From NCBI GenBank assembly GCA_016840085.1, contig JAEOTA010000036.1:100813-164812 (forward strand): DNA of 64,000 bases, written 5' to 3'. The translations under genes and the position numbers were made by a program. Each line of letters opens with the position of its first letter. Positions within the stretch are counted from its first letter, which is position 1. The notes below the pieces were generated by a model, which saw only the letters and a program-made list of their open reading frames with translations, did not search any database and had not been told where the DNA came from. This document shows positions 49,184-58,306 of this stretch, piece after piece. This DNA is from Promethearchaeota archaeon (GTDB lineage: Archaea > Asgardarchaeota > Lokiarchaeia > Sigyniarchaeales > SOKP01).

Positions 49184-50685
49184 GCAATGTATCTTAGTAA
49201 TAAGTCTTTAGTCTGTTCTAAGAACCCACGTAATTTGCGATTTATCTTCTTCTTTTTTTTTTCCTCATCAGTTAAAAATAAAATAAACATTGTATCATCA
49301 GAGATATGAATTCTCTTAAAAAGAATTATGGAGTCAGCAACTTTAAAAATAGCTTCTTCTTGTTTTAATGCTTTAAATTTTGCAAAGATTTTAAATATCA
49401 TGGCAAATTGTGGAGCAGAGACTTCAAAAGCATTAACTAATTCCTCCGATTTTGGGATCTCAGTTAATTGCATTGCTTTTGGTGAATAGAAATCTGATAA
49501 AACTAATCCATCAACACTTAATAATAAAGTTAAATAAGTATCAGTTTCAATGGAAAAATTTTTAAGATTATTATTGATAATATCCCTATTTGGACTTAAT
49601 TTAGCTATACCAGAAGAGAACGCTCTTAATATTGTAAATATCTGAAATATACTAGTTATATAAATTTCAAGTGATTCTTCAGGTGAAATTTCAGCTAATC
49701 TTTTCTGAATAAATTCAATATTTTCTTTTATTTCTCCAGAATCCAAAATATCAGAATCTCCTTTTGAGAGTACATATATAATTGGAGTGGATTGATTAAA
49801 TTTATTAAGCACTTGTTTAAGATCTTGAAGATACTCAATACTTTCTTCAAACCTGATTTTATTCCGGATATCGATAAAATAAAATAATAGATCTGCTTCA
49901 TACAGATATATTTCTGCTTTATTTATATATTTTTTACGAAATTGCAATTGGCCTCCAAGATCCCAGAGAAATATAGTCGCCCCTAATGCTTCAATTGATT
50001 TAATACTAGCACCGACAGTTGGTTTTAAGCCAATTAACTTGCTATATTTTCGATCAACTGATAGTAAGAAACTAGTTTTACCTGAATCGTCTAATCCTGA
50101 GAATAAAATCTTCATCTTACGATGACTGGTTATAGGCGTCGAAGGATTTCTTTCAATCTCAATTAGTTTCTTAAGTAAATCGTAAAAAACAGGCTCTACA
50201 CTCTCTTGAGGAGGATAGCTATTAGTTATTTTAGTATCAAATGTATTAAAAAATTCATTAACAATAGGTTTTATTCTATTTATATTATTATATAAAAAAC
50301 TTCTACTATATTCATCAACTAATATTGAGAAAGCAGTAGGAATAGGAGAATTAGAAGAATTTGAAATGATACAATGAAAATACGTTAAAGAAGTTACTTT
50401 AAAATCTGGATATGGTAAAATCGCAAAATATTGCAAATTTTGAATATCTATACTTGATGAGAATGTCCGATCGCTTATAAATAAACTAAGGTTCTTAATT
50501 GAGATTTGTGTTACATCTCTGGTTGTTAAGGTGAGGGTCCCCTCACATCCTTTCTCTTTTTTAATCTCTGCTAATTCTTTCTCACTATAATATTTTGGCC
50601 AAACATAAATCGGTTGTGGACCCAATTCTCCATAAGAACTGAAAATAAAACCCTTAATAATTGAATTTTTAAATAGTTCTTCCAT
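49180..50685 (-). CDS. uDENN/longin-like + Arf/Rag-like GTPase + roadblock-like fusion protein
   Basis: GLDDSGKT, WDLGGQ, SKGD and TSIF motifs; C-terminal LLLSVDGLVLS roadblock pattern. Confidence 0.85.
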   Translation of the reverse strand: MEELFKNSIIKGFIFSSYGELGPQPIYVWPKYYSEKELAEIKKEKGCEGTLTLTTRDVTQISIKNLSLFISDRTFSSSIDIQNLQYFAILPYPDFKVTSLTYFHCIISNSSNSPIPTAFSILVDEYSRSFLYNNINRIKPIVNEFFNTFDTKITNSYPPQESVEPVFYDLLKKLIEIERNPSTPITSHRKMKILFSGLDDSGKTSFLLSVDRKYSKLIGLKPTVGASIKSIEALGATIFLWDLGGQLQFRKKYINKAEIYLYEADLLFYFIDIRNKIRFEESIEYLQDLKQVLNKFNQSTPIIYVLSKGDSDILDSGEIKENIEFIQKRLAEISPEESLEIYITSIFQIFTILRAFSSGIAKLSPNRDIINNNLKNFSIETDTYLTLLLSVDGLVLSDFYSPKAMQLTEIPKSEELVNAFEVSAPQFAMIFKIFAKFKALKQEEAIFKVADSIILFKRIHISDDTMFILFLTDEEKKKKKINRKLRGFLEQTKDLLLRYIA

Positions 50686-50777
50686 TGCTTAAGATAATAT
50701 TTTGTTATTATAAATTTTAAATTCTTTAAATTTATTTAAACAATATTAATTATTAATAGCTTTATATAAAATCATAG

Positions 50778-51740
50778 ATGATCCTAAAAAAAATCGCAGA
50801 TAGTATTAAAAATAATCGAAATATTCTAGAAAAGCAAGAAATTAATCCCTTCATTCAATTTATAGATAAAAATTCTTTTAAAAGTTCTAAGATCTTTTCA
50901 GATATCGGAGAAGATTCAGCAGCTATAATAAATGAAGATAATTATATATTAGTAACTACAGATAGAATAAAAACATCTTTTATTGAAAATTTCCCGTATG
51001 GTGCTGGATTTTCTGCCATCTTAGTTGGAGTTGATGATATTTATTGTTGCGGTGGTTTTCCATTAGCTGCTAGTTTGATTATCTCATATAAAGAAGAAAA
51101 AATTGGACATCAAATTATAGAGGGTGTAAGTGAAGGTTCTAGAAAGTTTAAAGTACCAATTGTAAGAGGCCATACAAATCCAAAAGGAGATCATTATGAA
51201 TTAAGTTCTACAATGATAGGAGAAATTCAAAAAAAACATTATATTTCAGCAAAAAATGCACAAGTTAATGATTACATAATTTTGGCCGTTGATTTTGATG
51301 GAAAGATTGGAAAAGCAAGTAGATTATATTGGGATACTGTTACTTTTAAAAGCTCTGAAGAAATTTTGTACAAAAGAAAATCTATGAATAAAATTGCCAA
51401 ATTACAATTAGTGAATTCTTCGAAAGATATTTCTAATGGTGGTATTTTTGGCACGTTACTTCAAATAATAAGATATTCAAACGTAGGAGCAAATGTGAAT
51501 GTAAACGAAATTAAAATACCTCAAAAATTAATAGATAAAGGTTATGATTTAGAAAAATACATTAAAATGTATTTAACTACATCATATTTAACTACCGCCT
51601 CATCTCGTAATTATAAATCAGTAATTGAATTATTTAAAGAATTTGGATTGACTGCAAAAGTAATTGGTAAAATTATTAAAGAAAAAAATCTTTTGAAAAT
51701 AAACGATGGTATTGAATCTATTGATGTAATTAAATTTTAA
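50778..51740 (+). CDS. AIR-synthase-related (PurM/ThiL superfamily) protein
   Basis: IGEDSAAI, VDDIYCCGGFPLA, VPIVRGHT and SKDISNGGIFGTL motifs. Confidence 0.85.
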   Translation: MILKKIADSIKNNRNILEKQEINPFIQFIDKNSFKSSKIFSDIGEDSAAIINEDNYILVTTDRIKTSFIENFPYGAGFSAILVGVDDIYCCGGFPLAASLIISYKEEKIGHQIIEGVSEGSRKFKVPIVRGHTNPKGDHYELSSTMIGEIQKKHYISAKNAQVNDYIILAVDFDGKIGKASRLYWDTVTFKSSEEILYKRKSMNKIAKLQLVNSSKDISNGGIFGTLLQIIRYSNVGANVNVNEIKIPQKLIDKGYDLEKYIKMYLTTSYLTTASSRNYKSVIELFKEFGLTAKVIGKIIKEKNLLKINDGIESIDVIKF

Positions 51741-51761
51741 CAATAATAGGATGTAATCTTA

Positions 51762-52487
51762 ATGAATATTGATATAAGAAAATGTTTTAATACTACCTTT
51801 ATCATTTCTTTACTACTCTTACCTTCTCTAATTATATTTGTGGTAATGAACTCCGAATATTTCACAGATTTCAAAAAAAACAATTTTAATTCATCGTCAT
51901 TAAATATGAGTCAAGGAACAGATAATTATTCTGTTGAATGTAAATTGCATAAGTTAGCTTGGATTGAACTTCAATTAACCCTAAAAATCACTTCTAATCA
52001 AAGTGGACTTATATCATGTGAATTTACGGATTTTAAAAGTGGTAAATATTTTAAAAGTATAAATAAGTCTGTAAGTTTAAACGGAGATAATGAATCTCAA
52101 ACAGTTCGATTAATTTCACGACCTTACCTTCTAACTTTTCCGGGAAAATATAATTTTTCATTGAATATTAATGGCTTGTTTAGTTATAATAAGGATTTTG
52201 AAATAATTTTCGGTATGGGTTATATTGCTCTAATTTTACTCTCATCAATTCTGGGAATTGGTCTAATATTAATCCTAATAAAGAAATCAGATAGTAAGAT
52301 TATAAAAGCAGCATCACCAACTCTTGAAGAGTATAGTCCAGCAGAAATAGCTGAAATTGTTAGTAATAAGATAACATGCCCTGAGTGTAAAAAAATAATA
52401 AATGAGGGCTTAGCATTTTGCCCTGAATGTGGAAGTAGAATTCCTGAATTTATGAGATTTAATCCAGATTCTACAAGAGGATTATAA
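51762..52487 (+). CDS. Membrane-anchored protein with C-terminal zinc ribbon
   Basis: N-terminal and central TM segments; CPECKK..FCPECG. Confidence 0.75.
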   Translation: MNIDIRKCFNTTFIISLLLLPSLIIFVVMNSEYFTDFKKNNFNSSSLNMSQGTDNYSVECKLHKLAWIELQLTLKITSNQSGLISCEFTDFKSGKYFKSINKSVSLNGDNESQTVRLISRPYLLTFPGKYNFSLNINGLFSYNKDFEIIFGMGYIALILLSSILGIGLILILIKKSDSKIIKAASPTLEEYSPAEIAEIVSNKITCPECKKIINEGLAFCPECGSRIPEFMRFNPDSTRGL

Positions 52488-52564
52488 ATCTGATGCTTAT
52501 TTTAATTTTGAGTTAACTAATGGAATTAATAAAATTAGCAAAATAAGAATTTTCATTTAACTTT

Positions 52565-53227
52565 CTAATTAAGGAGAGAATGACATGCTTGACAATATTT
52601 ATGAGTAGCATCGTTCATTGCGCCGCACATTGGACATATGATTTTTCTTGATTTTTTTTGTTTAATTTCAGCTTCTTTTTCTGCTTGAAATTTAGCCATT
52701 TTTTCAGCTATTTCTCTTGCTTCTTTTTCTCTCGCTTTTCTTTCAGCTCTCTCTCTTGCTTCTTTTTCAGCTCTTATTCTAGCTTCTCTTTCCACTTTCT
52801 CTTTGGCTTCTCTTATAGCTCGTTCTTTTAACTCTTTTTCTTCTCTCTCTTTTGCTTTTCTTTCAGCCCATTCTCTCATTTCTCTCTCAGTTTTTTCCTT
52901 AGCTTCTCTTTCTTCTCGCTCTTTGGCTTCTTTCTCAGCTCTCTCTTTTGTTTCTATCTTAATTTTTTCTTTAGCTTCTCTTTCTGCTTTTTTCAAAAGC
53001 TCTTTTTCTTTTTGTTCAATTTCTTTTTTTTCTTTTCTTTGTTCCATCTTTTCTTTACTTTCTCCAACTTTCTCTTTAATCTTTGAAGCAAATTTGCTTA
53101 ATTTCTCTTTACTACTTCCAATTCTTTCTGTTAACTTTGCTTTAAAAGAACTACTATCTTTCTCTTCTGTTTCTTCTAAATCTTCAGAATTTTCGTTTGC
53201 ATCTTTTTCATTATTAAACTCGTGCAT
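52565..53227 (-). CDS. Charged coiled-coil/single-alpha-helix protein with C-terminal zinc ribbon
   Basis: EREAKEKA-type repeats; CPMCG..CQAC. Confidence 0.8.
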   Translation of the reverse strand: MHEFNNEKDANENSEDLEETEEKDSSSFKAKLTERIGSSKEKLSKFASKIKEKVGESKEKMEQRKEKKEIEQKEKELLKKAEREAKEKIKIETKERAEKEAKEREEREAKEKTEREMREWAERKAKEREEKELKERAIREAKEKVEREARIRAEKEARERAERKAREKEAREIAEKMAKFQAEKEAEIKQKKSRKIICPMCGAMNDATHKYCQACHSLLN

Positions 53228-53457
53228 AGCGATATTACACTTTATATTTAATTATTCAAATATGATTAATTTTCATCGGGATTTATATTTTTTATTTATT
53301 ATGCATTTATTTTGTATAATAAAATGAATATTTAGGGAAAATAATATTTACTCTTAACAACTTGTATTTTAATGTTAAATTTTTTACTTTTGCGAAAATT
53401 TTAAAAACAATTTAATAATTTTACAGTTTCTCCTTATTAATAATATGGTGTATAATA

Positions 53458-54015
53458 ATGGATTTTGATTTGAAAAGAAAACTTAAAGGAATAGTTTCTG
53501 TTATTGGAGCGAGTGAAATTACTAAAGAAATTAGAGATAAAACGATTGAAATTGGAAGATTAATTGCTAAAAACAATTATGCTATAGCATGTGGAGGGCT
53601 TTCAGGTGTGATGGAAGCTGTATGTCAAGGTGCTAAGGAGGAAGGAGGTTTTACTATTGGAATTATACCATTTTTGGAGAAATCAGCAGCAAATAAATAT
53701 ATAGATTTAGTTATTCCTTGTCCATTTTCGCAGGCTAGAAATATCGTTGTTGTTTTAACTGGTGATGTCTGCTTAGCTATAAGTGGTAAAGCGGGTACTT
53801 TATCTGAAATTTCATTTGCTTGGATATATCAAAAACCAATAGTTGCTTTAACGAATATAGAAGGTTGGTCTTCAAAAATTGCTAATATGAAATTAGATGA
53901 CAGAAGATCTGATAAAATCTACGGCGTAAAAACACCAAAAGAAGTAATTGAAAAAATTATCGAACTATTTAAAAAAATAAATAAAAGGGAGTTAAAAAAT
54001 ATAGATAAGTTCTAA
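53458..54015 (+). CDS. LOG-family (TIGR00725-type) Rossmann nucleotide-binding protein
   Basis: CGGLSGVMEAVCQGA, ARNIVVV and GKAGTLSEI motifs. Confidence 0.9.
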   Translation: MDFDLKRKLKGIVSVIGASEITKEIRDKTIEIGRLIAKNNYAIACGGLSGVMEAVCQGAKEEGGFTIGIIPFLEKSAANKYIDLVIPCPFSQARNIVVVLTGDVCLAISGKAGTLSEISFAWIYQKPIVALTNIEGWSSKIANMKLDDRRSDKIYGVKTPKEVIEKIIELFKKINKRELKNIDKF

Positions 54016-54764
54016 TTTTTTTTTAATCTTAAAAAGAAATATTCCTCTTCAAGTTTTTGTGTACTAATTTTAAATCCTACTTTTCTTGCTAAATCAATAA
54101 AATATTCGAGATTCTGTTCCTTATTCCAACGAGTCCCATATCCAGTTACTATTTTTTTGCCTTTAATTTGAATTTTAATCGGAATTGCATAAATTCTCTT
54201 TTTTTTTGTGTTTTTTGGAATTATGAGATCCCACAATATAAATTCTCCATTTTCTATTAAGACACTATAAATTTCTTTAAATATCTGTTCGTGATCATTA
54301 TTAGGAACATACATAAGTGAAAAAAATGCTGTTACCGTATCAAAAGTATTATCCAAGAATTTCAAATCTTTTGCATCCATTATGATTTTAAGGCTTTCTT
54401 TGTCTCCTGCTTCAAATGATTCTTCAAGTTCGCTTTTTCGTAAATCAATTGCTACGACACTACTTCCTTTCAATTGCCCAATCACACCCTCTCCGCCTCC
54501 TCCTATATCTAAAATCCTTTTATTTAATTCAATATTCCTTAAATCAATTTCTTGAGGATCGGTAAAAGCGATGCTTACATTTTCTACTTTTTCGATTAAT
54601 CCTTCAACATCTTCTTTGGTAGCATGCCATTCACCATCAATTTTTTTACCATTAAGTTTTTTAGTTTCAAAATAATTTTTAATGGATTCTTCTGTTTCAC
54701 CACTTGAGAATAATTCTACAATTTCCAAGATATCAAAATATTTAACATTATTCACTTCTTTCAT
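54012..54764 (-). CDS. Class I SAM methyltransferase with N-terminal excisionase-like HTH
   Basis: ILDIGGGGEG and MDAKDLKFLDNTFD motifs; N-terminal KLNGKKIDGEWH wing. Confidence 0.8.
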   Translation of the reverse strand: MKEVNNVKYFDILEIVELFSSGETEESIKNYFETKKLNGKKIDGEWHATKEDVEGLIEKVENVSIAFTDPQEIDLRNIELNKRILDIGGGGEGVIGQLKGSSVVAIDLRKSELEESFEAGDKESLKIIMDAKDLKFLDNTFDTVTAFFSLMYVPNNDHEQIFKEIYSVLIENGEFILWDLIIPKNTKKKRIYAIPIKIQIKGKKIVTGYGTRWNKEQNLEYFIDLARKVGFKISTQKLEEEYFFLRLKKN

Positions 54765-55041
54765 AATTACATTAAAAATTAAAAGCTTTTTTAATATTTT
54801 TTTCTTTACACTTTAAATTATTTGGATAAAAGGATTTATATAAGAAATTTTAATATAAAAATAAATATAAATTGATCCCGGTTAAAAAGAATATCCATAT
54901 CTAATTGAAATGAGCAATTATCAAAATGTTTAATTATGTAATTTATAAAGCATAATTTAAATAAATGATGATGTAATTTATTTTTATTACAAAAGAATAT
55001 ATTTGTAATTTTACTTTTATTATGTTATAGGTGAAATTAAT

Positions 55042-56010
55042 TTGGAAAAGAATCTAAAGCAATCTATTCTATATTTAAAAAAAGAAGAACCACAAGTACC
55101 AGAACCATCAAAGATTTTATTCACGGGGCTTGACGGAGCGGGTAAAACCTCTATTATTTTAGCTCTTCAGAGAGAATTTTCAAAAATAGCGATTTTATCT
55201 CCCACTAGAGGAGCACAAAGAAGAATATTCAGCTTTTTAGGAAAAGATATTAGTGAATGGGATTTAGGAGGTCAAATTTCTTATAGAATATCCTATTTAA
55301 AAAATCCTGATAAATATTTTGATGGAACAGAAATAGCTATTTATGTTATAGATATCCAAAATAAACCAAGAATCCCCGAGGCAATTAGTTATTTCAAGGA
55401 TGTTATAGAACAATTTAAAAAATTAGAGATTGAACCGCCCATATATATATTTCTGCATAAATATGATCCTGCATTAAAAAGAAATGCTCCAAATGAAATG
55501 AAAAACCTAATAATAGATTTAAAACAGACAATAAGAAAAGCTACTGATTATAAAGAATTATATTATTATCAAACATCAATTTATGATTTACCTTCTATTA
55601 TAACTGCTATGTCCGAAATTCTTTTAAGTTTATACCCAAAGTCAGAATTAATAGAAAAAACAATAATTGAATTTGCTAAAAAAGTAAATTCAGAAGGCGT
55701 TGTAATTATTGATTCGAACTCGTTAGTAGTAGGTTCTTATTATCAAAATGATGAAACCAAGCATTTACTGACCGCTTCAACGCCTTACTTCCTTACCCTT
55801 AATGATAGCTTTCAGTATACAAATGTTTTGGAGGATAAATTCGAAGATCGAATGATTGTGCAAAGATTTGGGAAAAACTTTATTTTTAAACAAATCGATA
55901 TAAGGAAAGATTCACCATATTATTTATTGCTCCTTAAAGAAGATCCTGTCTTTCGAAAGGAAGATTTTGAATCTTTTGCATATTTATTAAAAGAGATCCT
56001 TTCTAAATAA
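55042..56010 (+). CDS. Rag-like GTPase with C-terminal roadblock domain
   Basis: GLDGAGKT, WDLGGQ, HKYD and TSIYD motifs, then the GVVIIDSNSLVVG roadblock pattern. Confidence 0.88.
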   Translation: MEKNLKQSILYLKKEEPQVPEPSKILFTGLDGAGKTSIILALQREFSKIAILSPTRGAQRRIFSFLGKDISEWDLGGQISYRISYLKNPDKYFDGTEIAIYVIDIQNKPRIPEAISYFKDVIEQFKKLEIEPPIYIFLHKYDPALKRNAPNEMKNLIIDLKQTIRKATDYKELYYYQTSIYDLPSIITAMSEILLSLYPKSELIEKTIIEFAKKVNSEGVVIIDSNSLVVGSYYQNDETKHLLTASTPYFLTLNDSFQYTNVLEDKFEDRMIVQRFGKNFIFKQIDIRKDSPYYLLLLKEDPVFRKEDFESFAYLLKEILSK

Positions 56011-56169
56011 TTAAAATTATATTATTTCATTTTCTGAATGGTGCAACTATTAAGAACTCAATATCAGAGTAATTAACGTAAACTAAATTATGGTTGCTAA
56101 CATTAATAAAATTAGATTTTTATAAATAAAATATATAAAAGCATTTAATAATGGAGGAGAGAACAAGCA

Positions 56170-57204
56170 ATAATTATATGTCAAAATTGTGGTACTACCA
56201 ATAATGAAACAGTTAGTCGTACTTGTAGGAAGTGTGGAGCATTATTGCCAGTATCTTCAAAAACTACGCGAAAAAGAAAACTTAAAACTGAAAAAAAGGA
56301 GAAGAAAAAACAAGAAATCATTCAACATGAAATAGAAAAACCAATCGAACCACCAGAACAAAAGCCAGTTAATTTGGATTTACAAGAAATTCCTTTAGAA
56401 CAAGAGGAAAATGCTGAAATCAATCATACTTTACAGACTGAATATAAAGAAGAACCGATAATTAAGCAAGATGAACCAGAAATTTTACAAGAGATTCCCC
56501 CAAAACCATTTGAAAGTTCTCTCATCACGTCTCATAAACCTTTAGCAAAGCCACTTCCAAGATCGAATAATATAGTCTCAGATGCTTTTAAAGAACTTAA
56601 ACAGTCAGTTTTTGAAGAAGAAGCTGAAGAATATAAACCTAAATTAACTCCAATTCCAAAGGATGGAAAAGAAAGTGAATCAGCCTTATTAAAACAGAAA
56701 AAATTAGAAAGAGACATGATAGAGGTTTTAAGTTTCCTTTCTAAAAAAATTTCAGTAAAAAAATTAGATCTAGCTAAACCTATCGAAAAGAAAGAACCTG
56801 AGAAAAAGATACCTCCTACTAGTATGAATGAAATATTAAAAGGACTAATAAGCCTAGATTCAAATATAGAAGCTTCTGCAATACTTAAAACAGATGGTAA
56901 AATATTAGCTTCGGCAATCTCAACTCGAATTTCTGATTCTTTATTTGCGACTGTAGGTATGAATCTTTCGATGATAGGAACAGATATAATTGAAGGTTTA
57001 AGTGCTGGTACATTAAAATCTATCTCAGTGCAAGGTTCAAATGGCGTTTTAAGCTTAGCTCCTATTGATAAAAAAAATCCAAGCTTAAAAGATATGATTT
57101 TAATATTATTTTCAGATCCTAAAGTAAAAAGTGGAATTATTTCATTTGCAGTTCATATGGTAAAAAAGCAAGTAAAAGAGTATTTAGGATTTGAACAACA
57201 ATGA
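56170..57204 (+). CDS. Zinc ribbon + low-complexity linker + roadblock/LC7 domain protein, extended upstream of track ORF
   Basis: In frame upstream of 56245: IIICQNCG..TCRKCGALLP. C-terminal IEASAILKTDGKILASA roadblock. Start uncertain: ATA 56170, or a frameshifted ATG at 56151. Confidence 0.8.
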   Translation: MIICQNCGTTNNETVSRTCRKCGALLPVSSKTTRKRKLKTEKKEKKKQEIIQHEIEKPIEPPEQKPVNLDLQEIPLEQEENAEINHTLQTEYKEEPIIKQDEPEILQEIPPKPFESSLITSHKPLAKPLPRSNNIVSDAFKELKQSVFEEEAEEYKPKLTPIPKDGKESESALLKQKKLERDMIEVLSFLSKKISVKKLDLAKPIEKKEPEKKIPPTSMNEILKGLISLDSNIEASAILKTDGKILASAISTRISDSLFATVGMNLSMIGTDIIEGLSAGTLKSISVQGSNGVLSLAPIDKKNPSLKDMILILFSDPKVKSGIISFAVHMVKKQVKEYLGFEQQ

Positions 57205-57235
57205 AATTTTGTGTTTTATTATTCAAATATGTATT

Positions 57236-58033
57236 TTACAATTTTTTTTGAACATTAATTTTATTGATTTGAATTGTCTTAAAATAATGTAAATTGTTAG
57301 GTAATTCTTGCAAAAAAGAGTTAAATTCATAGATTGAAACGAGAGGAATTTGATTATCATTTATTTTGATACTATTATCTTCAATAGTAACCATAATGGG
57401 GATTAAAATAAATGGTAAATACTTCTTTACACTCATACTTGGTTCTAATAGGTTCATAATAAGGTTTGAAAAGACTTCAGAATTTTGTTTTAATGCTAAA
57501 ACACGGCGAAATTGCAAATTTGCGGCTTTATTTAACGAACTGAAAGTATCTTTTCGTTTCCACTGTTTTGCATCTATTATTAAAATATATTTTGAATATA
57601 TGCCAATAACATCAATTTCATATCTTTTTTGTAAAGTTTTGGATTTAAAGTTTGATTTATCTGAAAACCTGAAATTTTTCACTGTTCGATAATCGTTTTT
57701 AGATAATATTTCTTTAATTAATTTTTCAAATCCACTATAATCTAGTATTTCAGAAATTCGTTTAATATCAAATTGAAGAAATTTTATTGATTCCAAAATA
57801 AATAAAATTTTATTAATAACGATATAATGAGTAGTATAGTTTCCTTTTTTAAGATAAATAAATTCAAATCTTTCAAGGAAATCAAATAGTTCTGAGTTAT
57901 TAATATTCTCAAAAAAAGGAATCTCTGAAGGGTTACACCAAACTTCAATTATATTAATATCAATATCTTTAATGATGTTATAAATTTCTGTAAAAAATTG
58001 CGTTAATGAGCCTTCTGAGTATGATTTTTGCAT
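57236..58033 (-). CDS. PD-(D/E)xK nuclease (Mrr/NERD-like) domain protein
   Basis: GFEKLIKEIL...YEIDVIG...IIDAKQW motifs. Confidence 0.8.
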   Translation of the reverse strand: MQKSYSEGSLTQFFTEIYNIIKDIDINIIEVWCNPSEIPFFENINNSELFDFLERFEFIYLKKGNYTTHYIVINKILFILESIKFLQFDIKRISEILDYSGFEKLIKEILSKNDYRTVKNFRFSDKSNFKSKTLQKRYEIDVIGIYSKYILIIDAKQWKRKDTFSSLNKAANLQFRRVLALKQNSEVFSNLIMNLLEPSMSVKKYLPFILIPIMVTIEDNSIKINDNQIPLVSIYEFNSFLQELPNNLHYFKTIQINKINVQKKL

Positions 58034-58306
58034 ATATATTAATAAGTAAAAAAAGAAAAATAAGATAAAGAGAGTAATGAAATTCTAAAAAAACTGATGT
58101 AATTGCTATTAAAGAAAGAATCAATTATTTCTAATAACAGGTTTATGAAAATTATTAATAAACTACGATAAAATTCTAAGAAACAATTATTTAACCGAAA
58201 ATTGACACTAAAATTCAAACCTTTAATCAGTTAATAAAATTATTTTTTTAAGTGTTTTGATTAATTTAAAATATTGGCTTTTAACTATAGAAAAATATGA
58301 TTTATT

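Noticed and set aside
50778-51740. Selenophosphate synthetase (SelD) supporting the selenoproteins
   Set aside because: It belongs to the same superfamily but lacks the N-terminal (C/U)xxK motif of SelD; it looks like a generic AIR-synthase-related protein.
52803-53327. 174-aa Ser/Phe/Leu-rich plus-strand ORF and the many other antisense ORFs in the track
   Set aside because: They are shadows of real genes on the opposite strand, here of the Glu/Lys/Arg repeat protein, and show no motifs of their own.
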